The notes under the pieces: model-generated | Told to the model about the DNA's origin: nothing | The model's database searches: none | Seen by the model: only the letters and a program-made list of their open reading frames with translations | Shown: in pieces, positions 20,470 to 25,919 of the stretch | How the letters are laid out: every line of letters starts with the position of its first letter | Position numbering within the stretch: the first letter of the stretch is position 1 | Assembly (NCBI RefSeq): GCF_004010195.1 | Contig: NC_057719.1 | Location: 28,402,747 to 28,428,665 of the forward strand | Length of the DNA stretch: 25,919 nucleotides | DNA from: Chiloscyllium plagiosum | Lineage: Eukaryota | Direction of reading: 5' to 3' | Made by a program: the position numbers and the translations under genes

Positions 20470-21254
20470 CTGTAACTAAATCCACGTTCATTTCAAAAGT
20501 GCAGAACAATTATAGGTTTAAAGATATCCATATACTCACATTTTATTTTACAAAGCACAATGTCCCACATCAAATAAAGCGCACACTTACCTCAAAGAGG
20601 ACCACAACACACTGATTTATATGGATTTACAAAAAATACTTGTGTATTTAATAGGTCATATTTTGGATGCTATATTCATATATAAGCAAATTTCTATTAG
20701 GGGATGAATTTGCTTGCCTCAATTTTAATATCCATATGAATAGCAATAAATCACAATGGAACACATAGGGAACTTGGGAATCAAAAAGTGGAAAACAGAA
20801 ACCAAAGTTATTATAAATTGTATCAAAAATTACTAATTAAAATTAACTAGTCAGCAAACAGCTTCCAATAATAAGTAGCTGAAATGGAACTATGTTGTCC
20901 CAGGACTTTATGTTATTAGCAGTATGACTGACCACCAAAGAACAAGCAGAATCAAGGGGCTAAATAGTCTTCTGATGCTCTGATATTCTTTCATATGTCA
21001 GAACTTGCTGTTTACAAATCCAAGGCATAATTCTATCACCCTCTACACTCCTTGTGCAACGGTGAGAAAGTTGCAAAACCATGGCGAGAGTGAAAAAATG
21101 AGATTCCCATGTTGAGAAAAAAAAATCCAATTTTCTGCTTTAGGATTTAATGGCTAGTGGAGATTCTCATTATTGTATGCATGCATTGACATCTCATTCT
21201 TACCTAATCTTGTCTTACTTAAATACAGCTTGCAATTTTCTCAGCTAACAGTAG

Positions 21255-21700
21255 GCATGCAGGTCCTGGGCCTCCTCCACCATCACTCCCTCACCACCCG
21301 ACGCCTAGAGGAAGAATGCTTCATCTCCGCCTTGGAATACTTCAACCCCAGGGCATCAATGTGGACTTCACCGGTTTCCTCATTTCCCCTCCCCCCAACT
21401 TACCCCAATTCCAACCTTCCAGCGCAGCACTGTCCTCATGACCTGTCCTACCTGCCAATCTTCCTTCCCACCTATCCACTCCACCCTCCTCTCTGACCTA
21501 TCACCTTCATCCCCACCTCCATCCACCTATTGTCTTCTTGGCTACCTTCTCCCCACCCCCATCCCCCTCCCATTTATCTCTCCACCCCGGAGGCTCCGTG
21601 CCTTCATTCCTGATGAAGGGCTTTTGCCCGAAACGTCAGTTTACCTGCTCCTCGGATGCTGCCTGACCTGCTGTGCTTTTCCAGCACTGCTCTAATCTAG
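21255..21700 (+). mobile_element. Penelope 3' end (GIY-YIG tail plus terminal repeat)
   Basis: MQVLGLLHHHSLTTRRLEEECFI...; ends ctcctcggatgctgcctgacctgctgtgcttttccagcactgctctaatct, the same repeat as at 16591-16773. Confidence 0.95.
21606..21641 (+). ncRNA. Minimal hammerhead ribozyme motif
   Basis: CTGATGA(21610)-A-GGGC TTTT GCCC-GAAA-C-GTC. The core and ACGT palindrome are intact; stem I pairing is poor. Confidence 0.7.
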
Positions 21701-22884
21701 TAATGATGTCAAGTCAGAGCAGTTACCTGGCAGTGGCAGCTCACCGACAGTTCCTTGGATATCCATCTCGGACAGTGTTCCACAACATCTTGGAGCATTC
21801 TCCAGTTACAGTGACCTCTTGCACACATCATCCATTGAAGTCGGCATCAGCAGAGCACTGGCCTCACCAGGTTATAATGGCATATCTGAGAATAGCTTTA
21901 AAATACAGTTCCTCGTGACTGTACTTTGAAGCTCATCGACGCCTTACATTCCAATGCTGGTGCCAAGCTGCTTTGCAAGCACAGATAGACAACTATAGCA
22001 TGCATCAGAACAGGATGCATCTCAGGGATACCTAGCTTGCTTTCTTAGCGTCCATTCACTTTGGGCTTACTTGGATGCTTACAGTTTCTCTGCAGACAGA
22101 TAGCCAAGCAGTCTGTCATGTTTCCCATCAGTAACAGTCAAAGGGCTGGACATGTTGTTGCATGCTGCATACTGTGTCAATGTCACAACTACATTTTGTG
22201 CAAGCAATATACTGAGCAAACATACTTGCATATTCTTGGCCGTGTCTGAAAGTCTACGAGGAGCAATCCTTAGTCCAGTTGATGGAGTCTTTGATCAGTC
22301 AGAGGCCTGTTCTATTGTCAGTCAGGAAAGGTGGTGCAGAGTTTGGAGTAAGTGAGTAGGAGGCTCAAGGGGCAGGAGAATTAATAGTTTGGAGAATGGG
22401 GTAAGTAAAAGCCATTGAGGGGCAGATGCTGTGTTTAAGGTTGAGAGCGGTAGACAATGAAGCTTGATGGGTGTAGCAGTAGAGTTAGACTGAATGCAAG
22501 ATAGCAGCAATAGATGGTGTTACTAACCGTGGGGAAGCAGCAGAGCAGGTTATTAACCTTCAGACTATGTTCACCGTACACTGACTGGGTTGGATACCTG
22601 AGACCAGGCTGACAGCATTTGAAATGGGGTACAGTTCGAGTTTAAATATGGTGAATTTGCTAAGGTCCCAGCAGCAGCTACTGAATGTAAGATTATGTGA
22701 GAATGGGCCTGTGGAGAAAGTCTGCATATTCAATCAGGGTGAGAAAGGTAAAAAGTACAGTGAAAAGTCATTAGGGCTCATGGAGGGAAACCCTTCCAGA
22801 TACTGACACAAATACATTTTGGGAAAATTCCACACAACACTTCTCCTTCCTTCTCCAACGAGTGATGATGAAAGCACAAACATC

Positions 22885-23148
22885 TCAGGAAACCAAAATG
22901 AGTAACATTAGAAGTAATCTGATGTAGTAGCTTGGATACACTTCTTTCTTAAGTACTTTTTGTTGGAAATAAAATGCATGTTCATTGCCTTCATAGTGCA
23001 GATCGCAAACACTGCAGAAGAAAAGAAATAGTTTGTTGTGGTATGATTGCATAGATCTCAGAAAGGCAGTATGGCACCTATATGACAAGGAGCCTTCCAA
23101 GGAGTTAGCCAATCCTCCCTGTTCATTTCCTTGGTATCTGTCTTCCAT
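22885..23148 (-). pseudogene. Exon remnant, RGS-like repeat
   Basis: ORF track: LSYRCHTAFLRSMQSYHNKLFLFFCSVCDLHYEGNEHAFYFQQKVLKKEVYPSYY. Fits the RGS helix pattern FL.S...N.L.F...V ... K...+Y..Y. Confidence 0.55.
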
Positions 23149-23163
23149 ATGTCTTTGCCTGGC

Positions 23164-23480
23164 CTAATGCATTAGCATAGTGCCAACACAATGGATGATG
23201 GACAGTTGCTGCCCTAGGAGTCCCAGCTTTGAGTACATCACCAACATTCTGGTCTGACTGGTAGACTGGAGGCAGAAAGGAAACCGGAAGAATGGAAGTT
23301 GTTGAAGGAAATAAGCCATCATTCTAAGATTCACTTGAAGACAGCAGAATAGGTTCAATTCCATGAAAACACCTCATTCTTATGGGGTAGTCCTCAGAAA
23401 TCCCACTGTCTATTGAAGGACAGACTGCTGAACTGCACAGAGCTTCTGAAATTCTCCTCAAGCTCTGGTATCTGCAGCCA
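23164..23480 (-). pseudogene. Exon remnant resembling the RGS22/RGSL1 N-terminal region
   Basis: Translates ELEENFRSSVQFSSLSFNRQWDF*GLP, then after a frameshift NLRMMAYFLQQLPFFRFPFCLQS. Resembles the recalled FN.FL.LP ... RLP.F..S pattern of RGS22/RGSL1 N-termini. Confidence 0.45.
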
Positions 23481-23699
23481 TGACAACGGCAGTCTGAGTT
23501 TGGAAGTTGACAAAATGAATTTGCATGCCCTCAGTCTGAGCGACAGCACTCAAACATGAAGCAACATCTTCTTGGGCCACAATAGAATAGAATAAATAGC
23601 AATTTATTGTCACTTGTACTTATGAAAATATAGTGAGATGTGTATAGGTCACCATAATTCAATGCCATTTTAATTGCAGAAATTATAAAAAGAAATAAT

Positions 23700-25210
23700 T
23701 GAGACCAAGTTAGGACAAAGTTCATCTCCTGTTCCCTCCACAGCTCCTGGGTTTCAAGAGTGGACACCAGTAGAGGCTACAGCATCGGCCATCAGCTGGT
23801 GCATCATATAAAAATCCTGGAAATCTAAAACTAACACAGGGATTTCCGGAGAAACTCAGGTATGAGTGGAGTTGAAACATTAACATTGTTTCTCTCTCCA
23901 CACATGCCGCCAGACTAGCTGAGATCTGCTTCTTGGTTGGGTCCATGATTGTTGAGTTGCATTTTACTTACATGCTGGAAAGAGTGGGCTTCAAGCTGTG
24001 CACAAAGCACTGTGCCAAGTTTGCGAAAGATTTTTCGATGTTACTTGAGAGTGACCACTGGCGTTCTGAGAGATGTGACAAGGCATCGAGCAGTTCAGGT
24101 GCATACCTATCTTTCTGTATTCAGTGCCTTCAGACTACTCACCTGCATATGAAACTTCACCCTCTGTCGAACTGGCACCTGCATTAACCTGTCTCCCTAC
24201 TGTCACTCATGCCAAGCGGCTGACCATGGAGAGATCTTGTCTTGAAAGAGCATGCAGTGTCAGTCTCTGAGGTAGCTATGAGTGTGATTTTTTTTCTTTC
24301 CTTTGCCATCTCTGGATACCTGAAAGGGGAACGGCAAAAGTAACCAGAGGTTGTGGGGAAGTGAAAGGTACGTTTGCGTTCAATCAAAAGAAATTGTGAG
24401 ATGAACTGAAAAGTCAGAACGAAAATTATACATGAGAATGCCATCATCGTCAATGGTTTCATTCTCCTCCTTGACCACAGCTTCAGCCATGTCTTTCACA
24501 TGATGCCAAGAATTGTGTGCTCCATGGGGCCATGCCTGTCCCCTGCTGATTAGGTGTTGCTGCCTGTTGTTGGGTGCCATCTTGTCCGACAAAAGAGAGA
24601 GAAGTGTGGTAGTAAATGTGGTGCCATCTGCTTGTGTAATGTGCCTTTCATGTTTGCATGTCTGGCAATTTATACATTCTGAGATAGCAATATGAGTATG
24701 ACCTGAGGTTGTGAATGTGGGTTATGAGTTGTAGTTGATAGATTGTTCGTAAGTGAATGTAAGGAGTTTGATGAATTGAGTGGTGAGTGATGCTAGTTGT
24801 AAGAATAAAGCATTGAAGATACATTCACTGACCTTGACCATCTGAAATAGTCATGCATGCTTCGTAGCATTGGGGAAACATCTGCTCCCACTGCTTTTGC
24901 AATATCTGCCAGGCCTGAATATAGGACTTCCCTCTTCATTTCTATTGGTAATCTTGCAGCATTGTCTCATTCTTGTCATGGCATTACTCTGTACGTTTTC
25001 ACGCTTGGGTATTGGTCCCCAACTACTTCCAGTGCCTGTCACAGAAAAAATCCATTTTGTTTTTAAGCAATACTGGCTGCTTTAAGTGGTGCTAGTATAA
25101 ACATGAGTGCCCAGCTGAGGCATGTAGCCCACTCACAACACAGTTAGCACTGCCTGAGGCTGATTCCACCATAATAAACAGATAGCATGAAGTTTTGGTG
25201 CTGTCTGCAT
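23700..25210 (-). mobile_element. PIF/Harbinger Myb/SANT (NAIF1/MSANTD-like) accessory gene remnant
   Basis: Exon ending GTCAAG|gtcagt at 24833 (KREVLY...IAKAVGA); exon 24442-24586 (DKMAPNNRQQHLISRGQA...MAEAVV...ETIDDD); further ITLIATSETDTA. Interrupted by a Penelope-derived fragment at about 23778-23935. Confidence 0.65.
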
Positions 25211-25227
25211 CAGTTCATCATACATTG

Positions 25228-25752
25228 TGAATCATGCACTTATACAGTTATACAGGGCCTTGGTCAGGCCAGACCTAGAATATTGTGTGCAGTTTTGGTC
25301 TCCTTTCCTGAGCAAAGGTGTTCTTGCTCTTGAGGGAGTGCAGAGAAGGTTTACCAGGCTGATTCCGGAGATGGCGGGACAAGCATATGAGGAGAGATTG
25401 ATTAGGTTAGGATTTTTTTCACTGGAGTTCAGATGAATGAGGGGGGAATCTTATAGAGGCATATAACATTCTAATAGGACTAGACAAGGTAGATGCAGGG
25501 AGGATGTTCCCAAAGGTGGGTCCATCCAGAACCAGGGGGTCACAGTCTGAGGAGTTGGGATAGACCATTTAGGACGGAGATGAGGAGATATCTCTTCACC
25601 CAAAGAGTGGTGAGCCTGTGAAATTCATTACCACAGGAAGTAATTGATGCCAAAACATTGAATGTATTCCAAAGACAGCTAGATATAGCATTTGGGGCAA
25701 ATGGAATCAAAGGTTATGGGGAGGAAGCAGGATTAGGCCATTGAGTTGAACG
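25228..25752 (+). mobile_element. CR1 ORF2 3' fragment
   Basis: LIQLYRALVRPDLEYCVQFWSP...LEGVQRRFTRLIP...YEERLIRLGFFSLEFR*...FTQRVVSL. Confidence 0.96.
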
Positions 25753-25919
25753 GGGTAAAAACAATGACTGCAGATGCTGGAAACCAGATTCTGGATTAGT
25801 GGTGCTGGAAGAGCACAGCAGTTCAGGCAGCATCCAAGGGGCAGTAAAATCGACATTTCGGGCAAAAGCCCTTCATCAGGAATAAAGGCAGAGAGCCTGA
25901 AGGGTGGAGAGATAAGCTG
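25753..25919 (-). mobile_element. Penelope terminal repeat (runs off window), includes a hammerhead motif at about 25848-25883
   Basis: Same terminus as 4461/8620. Minus strand reads CTGATGAAGGGCTTTTGCCCGAAATGTC. Confidence 0.93.

Larger units (their letters stand above)
21023..22835. mobile_element. Degenerate PIF/Harbinger element
   Basis: Transposase C-terminal remnant on + at about 22061-22200 (GLL..QFLC...HVVACCILCQCHNY). Myb/SANT exon end on - at 22528-22620 (AWSQV...KVNNLL...|gttagt). Possible decayed TIRs aggcataattctatc / gggaaaattccacac. Confidence 0.55.
699..23480 (-). pseudogene. Unprocessed pseudogene of a large multi-RGS-domain gene (RGS22/RGSL1-like family)
   Basis: About 20 minus-strand exon remnants, most with AG acceptors and/or GT donors, and compatible phases across many junctions (20591|20469, 20309|20001, 13166|12721, 12275|8743, 7637|7375, 6657|6329, 6085|6000, 4324|3852). 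RGS-like motifs recur. In-frame stops, frameshifts and exonic TE insertions are present. Family assignment is by recalled motif similarity only. Confidence 0.72.

Noticed and set aside
23455..23590. Plus-strand Harbinger transposase PGSCHD/TIE-like motifs
   Set aside because: The match is too weak, and the region is better explained by the minus-strand fossil exon and a retroposon tail.
241..25436. Six-frame ORFs of 60-134 aa as stand-alone genes
   Set aside because: They are TE fragments, antisense shadows, pieces of fossil exons or chance frames; many lack an ATG start.
4461..25830. Recurrent about 60-80 bp repeat (4461, 8620, 25754) as a CRISPR-like or LTR system
   Set aside because: Dispersed Penelope termini in a eukaryotic genome; no spacer array or cas genes.

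Overview
Vertebrate genomic DNA, almost certainly from a shark or other cartilaginous fish (inferred from HE1/V-SINEs and shark-type CR1 and Penelope elements). No intact protein-coding gene is present. Much of the window is transposon debris: CR1 3' ends, Penelope fragments with minimal hammerhead ribozyme cores, HE1 SINEs, a second tRNA-SINE family, L2, and PIF/Harbinger remnants. The main hidden feature lies on the minus strand between the repeats: the fossil of a large multi-exon gene (about 700-23480). It has GT-AG bounded, largely phase-compatible exons whose translations repeatedly show the RGS-domain pattern and resemble RGS22/RGSL1, with roughly 8-10 RGS-like repeats. It is broken by many stops, frameshifts and transposon insertions inside exons. 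Family comparisons are from memory, not database searches, and repeat boundaries are approximate unless a TSD or splice site is given.
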